A stretch of DNA of 53,080 bases from Thermoproteota archaeon (GCA_035319845.1 JACXSR010000096.1:1-53080); one strand, 5' to 3'. Counted from the stretch's first letter, positions 34,388 to 44,302 are shown. The notes: generated by a model from the sequence alone, not told the origin. Translations and numbers: made by a program.

Positions 34388-36604
34388 ATGCCCTCAATCT
34401 ACTATCATTTGGAAGATTTCGAGGGAGCGGTGGAGGTGTGGTTCGCTGGAGGAACCAGCAAGAAACTGAAGCACAGGCCTTACTTTTACACGCTCCCAGA
34501 TGAGGAGACGAAGGTACACGGCTTCATAGACAAAGAGAGAGTGAAAGCCAGAGTCATGGGTGTAGAGAAAGAGCTAACCAAGTTCTACTTCTTGGACGAT
34601 AAGTCTAGGAAGAAGGCCGCCAAAAGGGTGGAGAGACCCTTTGACATAGACGTTCCCCCCTGGTTCCAGTTCTGCGTCGATCACAAGCTGACTCCATTCT
34701 CACAACTGGATGATGAATTAAAACCCATAGGAGAACCCGGTGGACTTGATGATCTCAAGAAGGTCTTCTTCTCGGGGCTAATATACAGCGATGAAGGGTT
34801 CCCCATAGAGGGGAAGAGCCCGATCGTGGCCGTCGCCTACGCTGTCGATGACGGCCCTATCGAGACGATCACGACGGAGGATCTGGATGATTCAATCGTG
34901 CTTAGAGAATTCGTCTCAATGATTAGAACGGAAGATCCGGATGCCTTAGTTGGATACGGGCATGATGCCGACGAGTTCAAGCATATGATGGCCCGATCAA
35001 GGTTCCATGGGATCAAGTTAGCGATAGGGAGGGATGGATCCGAGCCTCAAGAAACTGGTAGGTTCTTCAGGGGGACCATATTGGTAGAAAATAGGATAAA
35101 GGGACGGGCTAACCTAGATATTTTCCCAATCGCTTGGAGGGACTTCCCACAACTCCCGGAGAGGACATGGTACGAGCTAGCTGATGAGATAGGTGTAGAA
35201 AGGCCAAAGGCATTAATGAAGTTCAGGGTGGCGGAGGCTTGGAGATCGGATAGGGACGGAGCCATCAGTTACTTAAAACAAAAACTTCACACAATAAGGG
35301 AGATATACGGAAAATTGATGGATCACCAAGCAGAACTCTCTAAACTCACTTTAAGACCCATTCACAGACTGATCAGGACCCCAGTAGGCGAAATAGTGGA
35401 ATCCTACGTCATCCGAGAAGCGAAATCCCACAACTGGGTATTTCCTCCCAAAGAGGTGAGGAGGGAGAGTGGATACGAGGGTGGCTACGTCTGGCTGAAA
35501 TCACCCGGCATGTACGAGGAGATAGGCTATTTGGATTTCGCCAGCATGTATCCTTCGATAATGGCTCACCACAACATAAGCTTTGAGACAGTCGATCCTT
35601 CCCCAGAACTCTGTGGTGAGGTTGAAGAGGTCGAGGTAGAGGGAGTAACTGCAAAGATATGCAGAGATGTGAGGGGTCTGGTTCCAATACTGGTTGAGAA
35701 GTTGATGGTGGAGAGATCCACCATCAAGGCTAAGATGAAAGAGCTCTCACAGGACAATCCGGAGTATAAGAGGCTGGATGCCCTTCAGAAAGCCGTCAAG
35801 GTTGTGACTAATGCTATGTATGGCTACATGGGATGGACTAATGCCCTCCTCATGAATGTGAAAGCAGCTAGGATAACATCCGCTTACGGGAGATACTACA
35901 TAAAGAGGGTCAGAGAGAGGGCTGAACACAAGGGACTTACCGTAATCTACATAGACACAGATGGGATCCAACTCGTTGGAGGGAAAAGAGAGGATTACGA
36001 AGAACTCCTCGAGGAGGTGAATAGGGATCTTCCCATAAGAATCGAGCTGGAGTACATCGCCGAGAGGGGTATCTATGTCGCGAAGAAAAAGTATGCCCAT
36101 CTAGTAGAGGGTAGGCTCATTGCCAAAGGATTCGAGTTCATCAGGAGGGATTACCCGCCCATAGTGAAGGAGGCTCAGAGGAAGGTGGTTGAAATGGCCC
36201 TAAGAGGGAGCGATTTGGATGAAATAAAGAGGTTGATCGACGAGTACAGGAGTAAAATCTTGGATAGAAAGATCAGGAAAGAGGATCTAATCATCATGGA
36301 GACCATGGGCAAAGAACTAGATAAATTCGAGAGGAGAACGAAGGGATTCTATGTAGCGACATGGCTCCTCGAGAAGAAAGGAATAGAGGTTCACAGGGGT
36401 CAGGTTCTGAGGATCCTCATCATTAAAGGACCAGGAAGCGTTAATGAGAGAGCGAGACCGGCGGAATTCTTCGATCTGGATGATGTAGATGTGGATTACT
36501 ATGTGAAGCTCTTCGATCAAGTCATGGAGAGAACCCTATCATCCCTCAAGAAGGTTGGGATATCTGAGAGGAAGACAGGGGGTCTGGAGGAGTGGTTTGG
36601 ATGA
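34388..36604 (+). CDS. polB: Family B DNA polymerase (PolB3-like) with degenerate 3'-5' exonuclease
   Basis: DFASMYPSI, K...NAMYGY, YIDTDG, KKKY, KG.E..RRD; C-terminal PIP-like GLEEWF. Confidence 0.93.
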   Translation: MPSIYYHLEDFEGAVEVWFAGGTSKKLKHRPYFYTLPDEETKVHGFIDKERVKARVMGVEKELTKFYFLDDKSRKKAAKRVERPFDIDVPPWFQFCVDHKLTPFSQLDDELKPIGEPGGLDDLKKVFFSGLIYSDEGFPIEGKSPIVAVAYAVDDGPIETITTEDLDDSIVLREFVSMIRTEDPDALVGYGHDADEFKHMMARSRFHGIKLAIGRDGSEPQETGRFFRGTILVENRIKGRANLDIFPIAWRDFPQLPERTWYELADEIGVERPKALMKFRVAEAWRSDRDGAISYLKQKLHTIREIYGKLMDHQAELSKLTLRPIHRLIRTPVGEIVESYVIREAKSHNWVFPPKEVRRESGYEGGYVWLKSPGMYEEIGYLDFASMYPSIMAHHNISFETVDPSPELCGEVEEVEVEGVTAKICRDVRGLVPILVEKLMVERSTIKAKMKELSQDNPEYKRLDALQKAVKVVTNAMYGYMGWTNALLMNVKAARITSAYGRYYIKRVRERAEHKGLTVIYIDTDGIQLVGGKREDYEELLEEVNRDLPIRIELEYIAERGIYVAKKKYAHLVEGRLIAKGFEFIRRDYPPIVKEAQRKVVEMALRGSDLDEIKRLIDEYRSKILDRKIRKEDLIIMETMGKELDKFERRTKGFYVATWLLEKKGIEVHRGQVLRILIIKGPGSVNERARPAEFFDLDDVDVDYYVKLFDQVMERTLSSLKKVGISERKTGGLEEWFG

Positions 36605-36611
36605 CCCCCTC

Positions 36612-36953
36612 TCACACCTTGAGGAACTTGAGAGGAAGCTTCGACGATCCCCTCTTCCTATATGGCCTGTTCAGGGGAACGGCAACCTTCCTTTCCTCTT
36701 CAGACCTAGGTCTCACGATCCCTAGATAGACCGCGCAGCTTATGCAGTAATATCTGGTCTCAAGCCTCTTGGATATGTAGGCCCCCTGCCTCTCTAGATC
36801 CTTTCCGAGGCTTCCACCGACGGGTGATACCCACTTGGTCACCTTAACCGCCTTATCAGCGGGAACAGCCCTCCCGCATTGATAGCATTGGACTATCCTC
36901 TCGTGGCCGGAACCACCCAGTTTCCTACCCCTGTTTTTTCTCTTCTTAGGCAT
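36612..36953 (-). CDS. rps26e: 30S ribosomal protein S26e
   Basis: MPKKRKNRGR, CxxC...VP.DKA, YCISCA. Confidence 0.95.
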   Translation of the reverse strand: MPKKRKNRGRKLGGSGHERIVQCYQCGRAVPADKAVKVTKWVSPVGGSLGKDLERQGAYISKRLETRYYCISCAVYLGIVRPRSEEERKVAVPLNRPYRKRGSSKLPLKFLKV

Positions 36954-37092
36954 ACATTTCCCTAGCGAACTGTGGTGTCCCGTGAAAATAAAGGTTTCCT
37001 TCTGTGGCGTCTAGCAACCACCATCAGTTAACGGGAAATTTTGGAGATGAGAAGAGGAAATCGGGAAGAAGAGAGGCTTGGATGCTTGGCGA

Positions 37093-38532
37093 TCAGTAAG
37101 ATCTTCCTATCCATGCCCTGTGTTTCGCCTCTCTTCCACAGACAACGCACTTCTCTTCCTTACCTTCTAGTGCATTTTCCTCGTATCCGAGTATGCCGTA
37201 TCCCACCTCCTCCTCTACCTCATGACCACACTCCTCTAAACCGCACCACGGAAATGACACGATCTTCTCGCCTACGTTCTCCTTGATTTCCTCTACTGTC
37301 TTGGCATGGACCGTTCTCTCCTCAAAATACTCTCTCGCCTGCCTTCTCATTTCTTCCTCTATTTCACGGAAGAGGGAATCGACCCTGCTCTCGATGTCGT
37401 CAAACGGAACTAGAGACCTCTCCATGGTGTCCCTCCTGAAGAGGGTTAGAGTCCTCTCCTCATACTCCTTTCTACCGATCTCAATCCTCACAGGCACGCC
37501 CTTCATCTCCCACTTGAAGAACTTGTATCCGGGCCTTTCATCGGTGTCATCCAGTTCGACCCTGTAATCACTAGCGAGGGAATTGTAGACCTCCTTGGCG
37601 TACTCGAGGACCTTGTCCTCGTACCCCTTGGATGGAATAGGCACTATGACGATCTGAATGGGGGCAAGCTTGGGCGGGAGTTTCAATCCTCTATCGTCAC
37701 CGTGGATGGCTATCAAGGCCGCCAATGACCTCTCAGATATACCGAAGGATGTGGTATTGACGTTCTTCCTCTCCCCATTCTCATCCATGTACTCCAATCC
37801 GTAGGTCCTAGCGAACAGATCACCGAAGTTAATGGCGCTTCCAAGTTCCAAGGCTTTCCCGTCGGGCATTATAGTTATCAAATCGTAGTTATACTTGGCT
37901 CCCGGGAAGGTGTCCCAAGGTGTGGTCTTCACCACTACGTAAGGGACTAGGAGCTCGTCATAGAACTTCTTATAGATCCAGACCTCCAGTTCTACCTGCT
38001 TCACTGCATCCTCGTAGGTAGCGTGGAATGTGTGTCCCTCTTTGAAGAACACGATCTCCCTGACCCTCAGCATGGGTCTGGTGGCCTTGGTTTCGTACCT
38101 GTATACCGGGACGATCTGATAGATCCTAAGAGGTAAGTCCTTGTAGCTCGTTATCCATCTATTCAAGACTTCATACATAATAGCCTCGCTTGTTGGTCTC
38201 AGCGCCAGCTTCTCCTTTATCTCTTGTTTACCTAACCGGGTGATCCAGTAGATAGAATCCTCGAAGCCTTTAATGAATCTGAACTCCCTGCTGAGAACTC
38301 CCTCCGGTACTACGCCAGGGAAATAAACCCTCTTATGTCCGGTCTGTCTCATCAGTCTCTCCATGACGTTCATCACGTTCTCCATGAGTTCGTATCCGAA
38401 GGGAAGCCATACGTACATTCCCTTAACTGGATATCTCTCATCCAATATCTCCGCCTTGAAGAGAACCTCATCGAACCATCTGGAGAAGTTCTCTCCCTTA
38501 GGAGTTAGTTCAAACGCCTCCCTTTCCGACAT
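37093..38532 (-). CDS. proS: Prolyl-tRNA synthetase (archaeal/eukaryotic type)
   Basis: YPVKG, LRPTSE, YRYETK.TRP.LR.RE, LPP.LAP.Q; ends in GRSY. Confidence 0.96.
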   Translation of the reverse strand: MSEREAFELTPKGENFSRWFDEVLFKAEILDERYPVKGMYVWLPFGYELMENVMNVMERLMRQTGHKRVYFPGVVPEGVLSREFRFIKGFEDSIYWITRLGKQEIKEKLALRPTSEAIMYEVLNRWITSYKDLPLRIYQIVPVYRYETKATRPMLRVREIVFFKEGHTFHATYEDAVKQVELEVWIYKKFYDELLVPYVVVKTTPWDTFPGAKYNYDLITIMPDGKALELGSAINFGDLFARTYGLEYMDENGERKNVNTTSFGISERSLAALIAIHGDDRGLKLPPKLAPIQIVIVPIPSKGYEDKVLEYAKEVYNSLASDYRVELDDTDERPGYKFFKWEMKGVPVRIEIGRKEYEERTLTLFRRDTMERSLVPFDDIESRVDSLFREIEEEMRRQAREYFEERTVHAKTVEEIKENVGEKIVSFPWCGLEECGHEVEEEVGYGILGYEENALEGKEEKCVVCGREAKHRAWIGRSY

Positions 38533-38570
38533 GTTCCCGCCTCGCCCTGTTCAACCTTCCGAGTGGGTCC

Positions 38571-39248
38571 CTATCTAAAAACTATGCCGATGGATTTGAG
38601 GAAGTCCCCCCTCTCGGACACCCTCAACACATTGAATCTCATTCCCGGGTTCTCCTCCTCTAACTTCCACACTAGCCTCAGATAGACGTTCTCGAACTCT
38701 CGCGAAGACTCTCTCGACTCCGAGAGGGCCAACAGTTCTTCCACGGGGACTTCGACGAAGGGTGAAATGTAACCAGGGACCTCCCTCAAGGCTAGTAGTA
38801 TCCTACCTCTCAACACGAGAAGGGATGGCGATCCCGTAAATATGAACCTCAGGAGGAGACCAACAGCATCATCCAAGAGAAGCGGGAGGATCACTTTACC
38901 GTTATCAATCCCCTCTTCTTCCTTTAGGAGTACTAAGATGGCTTCCCATAAATCTGTGTGTGGAGGCAGTTTTTCCTCCCTAATGGAGACGGGGAATTCG
39001 GATTCGATCTCCGAGAAAAGATCCCATAATAGGTCATCCCGCTTGAGCCCGGATCTAAGGAAGATAATGTCATCATTTCTACTAAGAAGCTTGTATCTGC
39101 TTATGGCGCGCCTTATCCTAACAAGGAGAGAATTCCTAAGGCAGCGGCGGCATAATGCCTCCCCAGAGTACCTCCTCACGATTAGGACATCACTCGATCC
39201 GCATCTACTGCACTTGAGAGCACTTTTAGTGGTTGAGGGTTCATTCAT
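38571..39248 (-). CDS. Catalytically degenerate TtuA/Ncs6 paralog
   Basis: N-terminal CSRC...YSG..LCRRC finger, LDD and LEE..PG.RF..L retained; PP-loop and Fe-S Cys lost; ATG at 39248. Confidence 0.72.
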   Translation of the reverse strand: MNEPSTTKSALKCSRCGSSDVLIVRRYSGEALCRRCLRNSLLVRIRRAISRYKLLSRNDDIIFLRSGLKRDDLLWDLFSEIESEFPVSIREEKLPPHTDLWEAILVLLKEEEGIDNGKVILPLLLDDAVGLLLRFIFTGSPSLLVLRGRILLALREVPGYISPFVEVPVEELLALSESRESSREFENVYLRLVWKLEEENPGMRFNVLRVSERGDFLKSIGIVFR

Positions 39249-39256
39249 CAAGTAAG

Positions 39257-39970
39257 GTGCACGCATTGCTCGATATAAAACCGGAAGCGGAGGTAGTTTA
39301 TGATCCTGAGAGATGGAGGATACTGGCTAGGAAGAGGAGGAGAGCGATCAAAGTAATGGAAGTGCTGTCCAGCAGGAGGACACCAGCTTATGTCTACGGA
39401 AGCGTGGCCCGCGGGGACGTCAGGGAAGGCAGCGATGTGGATGTGGTGGTACCTAAATACTCGCTCCCTCCCTCTCTGCTGGAGGGGATTCTTGCAGATC
39501 ATCTAGGGGATCCTCTCTACAGGGAAATAGTCCAAGCAACCCCTAGGAGCACCCCCAAATACTACATTCATTTCGACGACAATACCACGGTTTCCATACC
39601 GATAGGAACGTTGAGAAAGAGGGAAGAGGAGTTCTACAAATTCGGCGGAAGGCTTGGCTTGATGGGCCTCAAAGAGGGAAAGAGGGTTCCCGGAGTGAAT
39701 AAGGAACTGAAGCTGATATTCCCAACGGAGAACGGGCACTTGGAGTACCCAGTGATCGGATACGAGGAATATGTGGCTAGGGTGCTGGGCGTGGGTGAGG
39801 ATGTAGTTAAGGAGAGGGTGAGGGTACTAATGAAGCGGAGGTCCGTTGGGACGACTGGTCTGTACCTCACCTACCGACTATTACCGGGGGAGAGCTTTGA
39901 AGAAGCCATATTAAAGCTCAAAAAAGTGAAAAAAGGATTCAGATCGAGGTTAGCTGAGGATGAATTGTGA
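39257..39970 (+). CDS. Predicted archaeal pol-beta-fold nucleotidyltransferase (COG2413-like)
   Basis: YGSVARGDV...SDVD, QATP..TPK, E.EFY.FGG, RVPGVNK.L; start GTG 39257 or TTG 39266. Confidence 0.85.
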   Translation: MHALLDIKPEAEVVYDPERWRILARKRRRAIKVMEVLSSRRTPAYVYGSVARGDVREGSDVDVVVPKYSLPPSLLEGILADHLGDPLYREIVQATPRSTPKYYIHFDDNTTVSIPIGTLRKREEEFYKFGGRLGLMGLKEGKRVPGVNKELKLIFPTENGHLEYPVIGYEEYVARVLGVGEDVVKERVRVLMKRRSVGTTGLYLTYRLLPGESFEEAILKLKKVKKGFRSRLAEDEL

Positions 39971-39972
39971 TC

Positions 39973-41046
39973 CTACTCTATCTGATACCTGAGTTTCGCG
40001 GCGATTCCTCCCAAGGACAGCAACTTCTCACCGGGTTCGCTCTTCGCATCCACTATGTGAAACTCAGCTCTCGTGTCCTCACACATCTCCAGTATCTTGA
40101 GCACATCATCACGCGTCTCAGGATCAAAGAGCAGGGAACTGGCTACCAAGACTTCATCAGCTGCACCGTACTTTAGGGCTTTCATCACCTCCTTCAGCCC
40201 ATAGGTAACGAGCCTAGAGCCCCTTCCAAGCAGCTCGAATATCTCATCCACCGCTCTCATGTCCTGCGCTAGGGTTAGCTCCTTCACCACCTTCTCCACA
40301 TCACCTCGCTTTATCATCTCCAAGATACCAGAAAACGTAGAGCTGGTAGCTCCTCCTTCCCTGAGCTTCCTCCCGAGTTCAGGGTTTCTTTCTTTCAAAT
40401 AGGATGAAAACTTCTCCTTCGTGTATCCGGGGCCACCCACCACTATGGCTTGGGGTTTCATCCTAGAATCTATCTCCTCCAATAGGGACGAGAGCTCCGC
40501 GTAGTACCTCCTCTCTGCATCATCCCTCTTTTTTAGGTCTCCTCTCTTTGATGGAAGGCTTGATCTGACATAAGCTATCTCCTCCGCCCTATAAGCATCT
40601 ACTTTCGCAACGGTCGCGCCTTCATCGTCTATAGCCACCAATATGACGTTCCCCTTGCTGGAGGACTCTTCCGCTCTCTTCAATATGTCTAAGTGGGATC
40701 TACTCCATCTCTTCTTCATGATCTTTAGTGTGGATCCCTCAGTGACGTTTAACGTGTGGTGTTGCCCCTGTATCCCGAACTTCTCAGGACCTACCCTTAC
40801 TATACCCGTAATCCTCAACCTAGCGGAGTATTGATCGATTTTGACCTTCTCCACCTCTAAAGTGATGGTCATTGAGACCCTCTCCCCACTGTCGGCCCTT
40901 ATCCCTTCCTGCTTCACCCTCCTAGTAGTTCTCATGGTAACGAGGTCTCCTGGCTCTAAGATCGAGGAGAGCCAGTAGAGATCATCCAGATTTTCGACTC
41001 TCAGCTTAATGAATCCCTTCTTGAGATCCTGCTCTAGGATCTTCAA
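39973..41046 (-). CDS. pelA: mRNA surveillance protein Pelota (Dom34)
   Basis: E.LDDLY.L, T.R, HHT, GPG..K, YG..EV, LGGIAA.LRY. Confidence 0.95.
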   Translation of the reverse strand: MKILEQDLKKGFIKLRVENLDDLYWLSSILEPGDLVTMRTTRRVKQEGIRADSGERVSMTITLEVEKVKIDQYSARLRITGIVRVGPEKFGIQGQHHTLNVTEGSTLKIMKKRWSRSHLDILKRAEESSSKGNVILVAIDDEGATVAKVDAYRAEEIAYVRSSLPSKRGDLKKRDDAERRYYAELSSLLEEIDSRMKPQAIVVGGPGYTKEKFSSYLKERNPELGRKLREGGATSSTFSGILEMIKRGDVEKVVKELTLAQDMRAVDEIFELLGRGSRLVTYGLKEVMKALKYGAADEVLVASSLLFDPETRDDVLKILEMCEDTRAEFHIVDAKSEPGEKLLSLGGIAAKLRYQIE

Positions 41047-41057
41047 GATGACGCCAC

Positions 41058-42305
41058 CTACTGTGCAGTATATATCGCCATTCCCGAAGGTCTCCTCACG
41101 ATATCTCTGGCGATTCCCCCGACTATGGCCCTGACGCCCACCTCGTAGGCTTTATCCACTATCCTCTGGGTAACTATCCTATCATAGACGATGTACCTGA
41201 CGCCACCAACCTCAGATAGAGCGCTGAGCAGATCAGACGTCGATACCTCCCTTATAAGCGAGAGGTTGTCATCCAGTAGCAGAACTTTATCTGTACCTCT
41301 AACTCTCGCGTATTGCTCCCTGAACATCTCGGGTATCCTGAGCAGCCTCTCATCCTCCTCCCTCTCGTGTCTCTGGTGGGGTGCATGAGGTGAGGCGGAT
41401 CTTATGACGGCGATCCTCCTCTCTTGAGGTGGAGATATTCCAAGCTCCTTCCTGACTTCCTCAGCCGGGACAGCTGAGGAGAGGGCCCTTCTAATTTCCT
41501 TAGCCGTGAGTTCCTCGACCACCTTTCCTTCTGGAGCTCTAGCCACATAATCTATGTCCGTCTGCTCGAGTAGCGTCCTGAGGACCATTTCACCGCCCCT
41601 ATCCCCATCAACAAAAGCTATGGCCTCTTTCTCTGAAATTAACTTGACCAGAGACTTAGGAACCCTTTCCACTGCACCGCCCATCGCTATAACGTTGTCG
41701 TATCCGTATTTCAGGAGGTTCATGACATCAGCCCTACCTTCAACGACTATTATCTCCTCAGCATCCTCAATGCCTCTGGCAGCTGGCAACTCTTCATCCC
41801 CATAGAGTATGAAGTTGGACTTCGCGCTCTCTCTTTGCACGAACTCTATGAGCTTCCTGAAACTATCCTCCCTCTCAACGGACCACTTCTTCAATATTTC
41901 AGCGGCTCTCTTGGCTATTTCATTTCTCCTTTCCTCCCTATCATCGAGTATTCTGATCAACTTGAATTTCGCTGGGTAAGGACCGACTTTGTCCACGGTC
42001 TCCATGGCTGCGGCAAGCAATGCCGTTCTGACCTTATCAAGCCCGGAGTAAAGTTCGACTATCCCTCTAGATCTATCCCCTTCCCTCCTCATCCTTATGT
42101 TTATTCTCCCAATCTTTCCCGTCCTTTGGAGCTCTTTCAACTCTAATTCAGGACCGAGCAGGCCCTCCAGTTGTCCGAAAATGGCTCCTATGACATCACT
42201 CGTCTCCACTATGCCGTTAACTATAACCTCCAATTTGGCAATATACTTATGGTGGAAGGCGTCCCTCCTCGAATTATCTGCCAAGATAACCATCCTCCCA
42301 AGCAT
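41058..42305 (-). CDS. dnaG: Archaeal DnaG (TOPRIM; exosome-associated)
   Basis: [38 protein letters not shown]; exact start uncertain (42305, 42293 or 42284). Confidence 0.95.
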   Translation of the reverse strand: MLGRMVILADNSRRDAFHHKYIAKLEVIVNGIVETSDVIGAIFGQLEGLLGPELELKELQRTGKIGRINIRMRREGDRSRGIVELYSGLDKVRTALLAAAMETVDKVGPYPAKFKLIRILDDREERRNEIAKRAAEILKKWSVEREDSFRKLIEFVQRESAKSNFILYGDEELPAARGIEDAEEIIVVEGRADVMNLLKYGYDNVIAMGGAVERVPKSLVKLISEKEAIAFVDGDRGGEMVLRTLLEQTDIDYVARAPEGKVVEELTAKEIRRALSSAVPAEEVRKELGISPPQERRIAVIRSASPHAPHQRHEREEDERLLRIPEMFREQYARVRGTDKVLLLDDNLSLIREVSTSDLLSALSEVGGVRYIVYDRIVTQRIVDKAYEVGVRAIVGGIARDIVRRPSGMAIYTAQ

Positions 42306-42307
42306 AG

Positions 42308-42394
42308 AGATGTCCGCCCGCCAACTAATCCCCGCAGGTCACAGGTCAGCCCACGCTTTCCTCCCTACCCGCGGGGTCATCCAGTGGCGGGCGG
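42308..42394 (-). ncRNA. Candidate H/ACA-like single-hairpin sRNA
   Basis: 10-bp P1, 8+6-nt internal pocket, 9-10-bp P2 with a G-U pair, K-turn-like element, ACA immediately 3' of P1, upstream TATA. Confidence 0.6.
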
Positions 42395-42415
42395 CCGATA
42401 TACGACACTTGCCGC

Positions 42416-42423
42416 AAATATAA
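42416..42423 (-). promoter_or_regulatory. TATA box for the hairpin RNA/dnaG transcript
   Basis: TTATATTT after purine-rich CGAAGAGA, about 21 nt before the hairpin. Confidence 0.5.
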
Positions 42424-42608
42424 TCTCTTCGGTCTGCGGGAAATCCCTGCTACAGAGATGCCTTAAACTCCGGTGAGATGTGCCTAATTTACTGGCCATG
42501 TCTGCAGTGCTCATACTCTCAACTGCCTCTAACAGACCTCGACGGTTACCGTGAGGGAATCATAAAAGATTAAAATGGAGTGGGGTCAGTCCCCTTCCGA
42601 GGATAGAT

Positions 42609-42812
42609 ATGGGAACAGTGAGGGAGAAGGTAATTAAGAGGACGGCGTACAAGCTTGTCAAGCAGTATCCAGACCTTTGGACCGAAGACTTCGAGCATAA
42701 CAAGAGGATGCTCTCTCAAATAGCTGAAATAAAGTCCAAAGTTTATAGAAACAGGATAGCGGGGTACATAACTAGGCTAAAGGTTAGAGAAAGGGAAGGA
42801 ACGCTTGTCTGA
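42609..42812 (+). CDS. rps17e: 30S ribosomal protein S17e
   Basis: MG.VR...IKR, T.DFE.NK, SK..RNRIAGYIT. Confidence 0.96.
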   Translation: MGTVREKVIKRTAYKLVKQYPDLWTEDFEHNKRMLSQIAEIKSKVYRNRIAGYITRLKVREREGTLV

Positions 42813-42908
42813 TCCTTTCATCCCCATAACAGGCTCTTTTTCGTTCAATTTCATCCTTTTCAGGGCTATCCTTTTAGAAGCCAACGTTCACTCACGAACC
42901 GAGGGAAA

Positions 42909-44291
42909 ATGAAGAGGGTACTCTATGAGGATCTAGAGACGGCCCTTAGAGCTAGGGAAGCCAAGATATCTGTCTTAGGACAGGGATACATAGGTCTTCC
43001 CACATCACTTCTCATGGCAAGAGCGGGTTTCACTGTTTACGGATTCGATGTGAACAAGAGCTTAATAGACGAGTTATCGAGGGGAGAAACTCGTCTCAAA
43101 CAGGAGAAGGGCATATCAGAACTATTATACGAGCTCAAAGAGCGAAACTACTTTCCCACAGGGGATTTGAACGAGCTATACGGGTCTGATGTGGTTTTGA
43201 TAGCTGTTCCCACTCCCAAAGGGAGGGATGGCCCCAACCTCACCATGGTGATGTCGGCCCTAGAGAGCGCTCTTAAGGTGGTGAGGAGGGGCGGGCTCAT
43301 CGTAATAGAGAGTACATTACCTCCTAGAACATTCTATGATCTGATAATCCCGACGATCGAATCTAAGGGCCTCAGGGTGGGCAGAGATGTTTACCTAGCG
43401 TACTGCCCAGAGAGGGCTCTGCCTGGAAAGCTCCTCCAAGAACTCATCCAGAACTTCAGGATAATTGGAGCTATCGATGAAAAATCCGGAATGCTTGCTA
43501 AGACACTTTATGAGTCCTTCGTCGAGGGAGGAATAGAGATAGTGGATCCTCTTACGGCTGAGATGGTCAAACTTGTGGAGAATTCTTACAGAGATGTGAA
43601 CATAGCGTTCGCCAACGAAGTTGCGAGAATGTGCGAGGTTTTAGGTGTTGATGTGAGGAAAGTCAGGGAGCTGGCTAATAAGCACCCTAGGGTGAACATG
43701 CTGGTCCCGGGAATAGGTGTAGGGGGGAGCTGCTTAACTAAGGACCCGTGGTTCCTGTTCTGGACCTCGCAGGAGAGAGGATATCGACCTAACCTGATAA
43801 GGGAGGCTAGAGAACTCAACTCCGAGATGCCGTTTCACTATGCTGACGTTTTAGATGAGGTAGTGAGGCAAATTAGAGGTGGAAGAAATGGCGTTATAGC
43901 GGTGCTGGGTTCCACGTACAAGGGAGATGTTCCCGATCCTAGAGAGTCCCCAGTTGAGCCCTTCGTTAAGGAACTGGTCAAGAGGGGCCATGCAATTAAG
44001 GTCTATGACCCACTCGTCAGGTCCTCATTCGGGGGAGAGTACATTCCTGATATCTTGGAGGCAGTCAGGGATGCTGATGCGATCGCCTTTGTGACTGATC
44101 ACACCGAATTCAAAATGCTCGACCTGAGAAAACTAAGGAGAGCCGTTAAAAAAGACGGGCCAGTCATACTGTTTGACGGGAGACTCTTATTCGATCCGGA
44201 AGAAGCTGAAGAGGCTGGTTTCATATACATATCCGTGGGTAGACCATACACGATCTTGGAAAGGTCCCTCATAGAGATAGAGGAGGATTGA
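42909..44291 (+). CDS. Nucleotide-sugar dehydrogenase (UDP-ManNAc/UDP-GlcNAc 6-dehydrogenase family)
   Basis: G.GYIGLP, AVPTP, IESTLPP, CPER, K..ENSYRDVNIAFANE, PG.GVGG.C..KDP. Confidence 0.92.
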   Translation: MKRVLYEDLETALRAREAKISVLGQGYIGLPTSLLMARAGFTVYGFDVNKSLIDELSRGETRLKQEKGISELLYELKERNYFPTGDLNELYGSDVVLIAVPTPKGRDGPNLTMVMSALESALKVVRRGGLIVIESTLPPRTFYDLIIPTIESKGLRVGRDVYLAYCPERALPGKLLQELIQNFRIIGAIDEKSGMLAKTLYESFVEGGIEIVDPLTAEMVKLVENSYRDVNIAFANEVARMCEVLGVDVRKVRELANKHPRVNMLVPGIGVGGSCLTKDPWFLFWTSQERGYRPNLIREARELNSEMPFHYADVLDEVVRQIRGGRNGVIAVLGSTYKGDVPDPRESPVEPFVKELVKRGHAIKVYDPLVRSSFGGEYIPDILEAVRDADAIAFVTDHTEFKMLDLRKLRRAVKKDGPVILFDGRLLFDPEEAEEAGFIYISVGRPYTILERSLIEIEED

Positions 44292-44302
44292 GTGGTAGGG
44301 AA

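Noticed and set aside
17165-36604. Inteins in RadA or PolB
   Set aside because: Protein lengths are normal and there are no insertion blocks or splice-junction motifs.
37041-37286. 81-aa plus-strand ORF near the proS end
   Set aside because: Mostly antisense to proS, with no motif.
42340-42376. GAGGAAAG (RNase P CR-I-like), AUGA/GA (SECIS-like) and C/D-box-like words in the dnaG hairpin
   Set aside because: The element is too short for RNase P RNA, no in-frame UGA selenoprotein candidate is nearby, and C/D spacing is poor. The H/ACA-like fold explains the sequence better.
42377-42514. 45-aa minus-strand ORF (MSTADMASKLG...) upstream of dnaG
   Set aside because: No recognisable motif, and it overlaps the putative promoter and hairpin; unsupported but not excluded.
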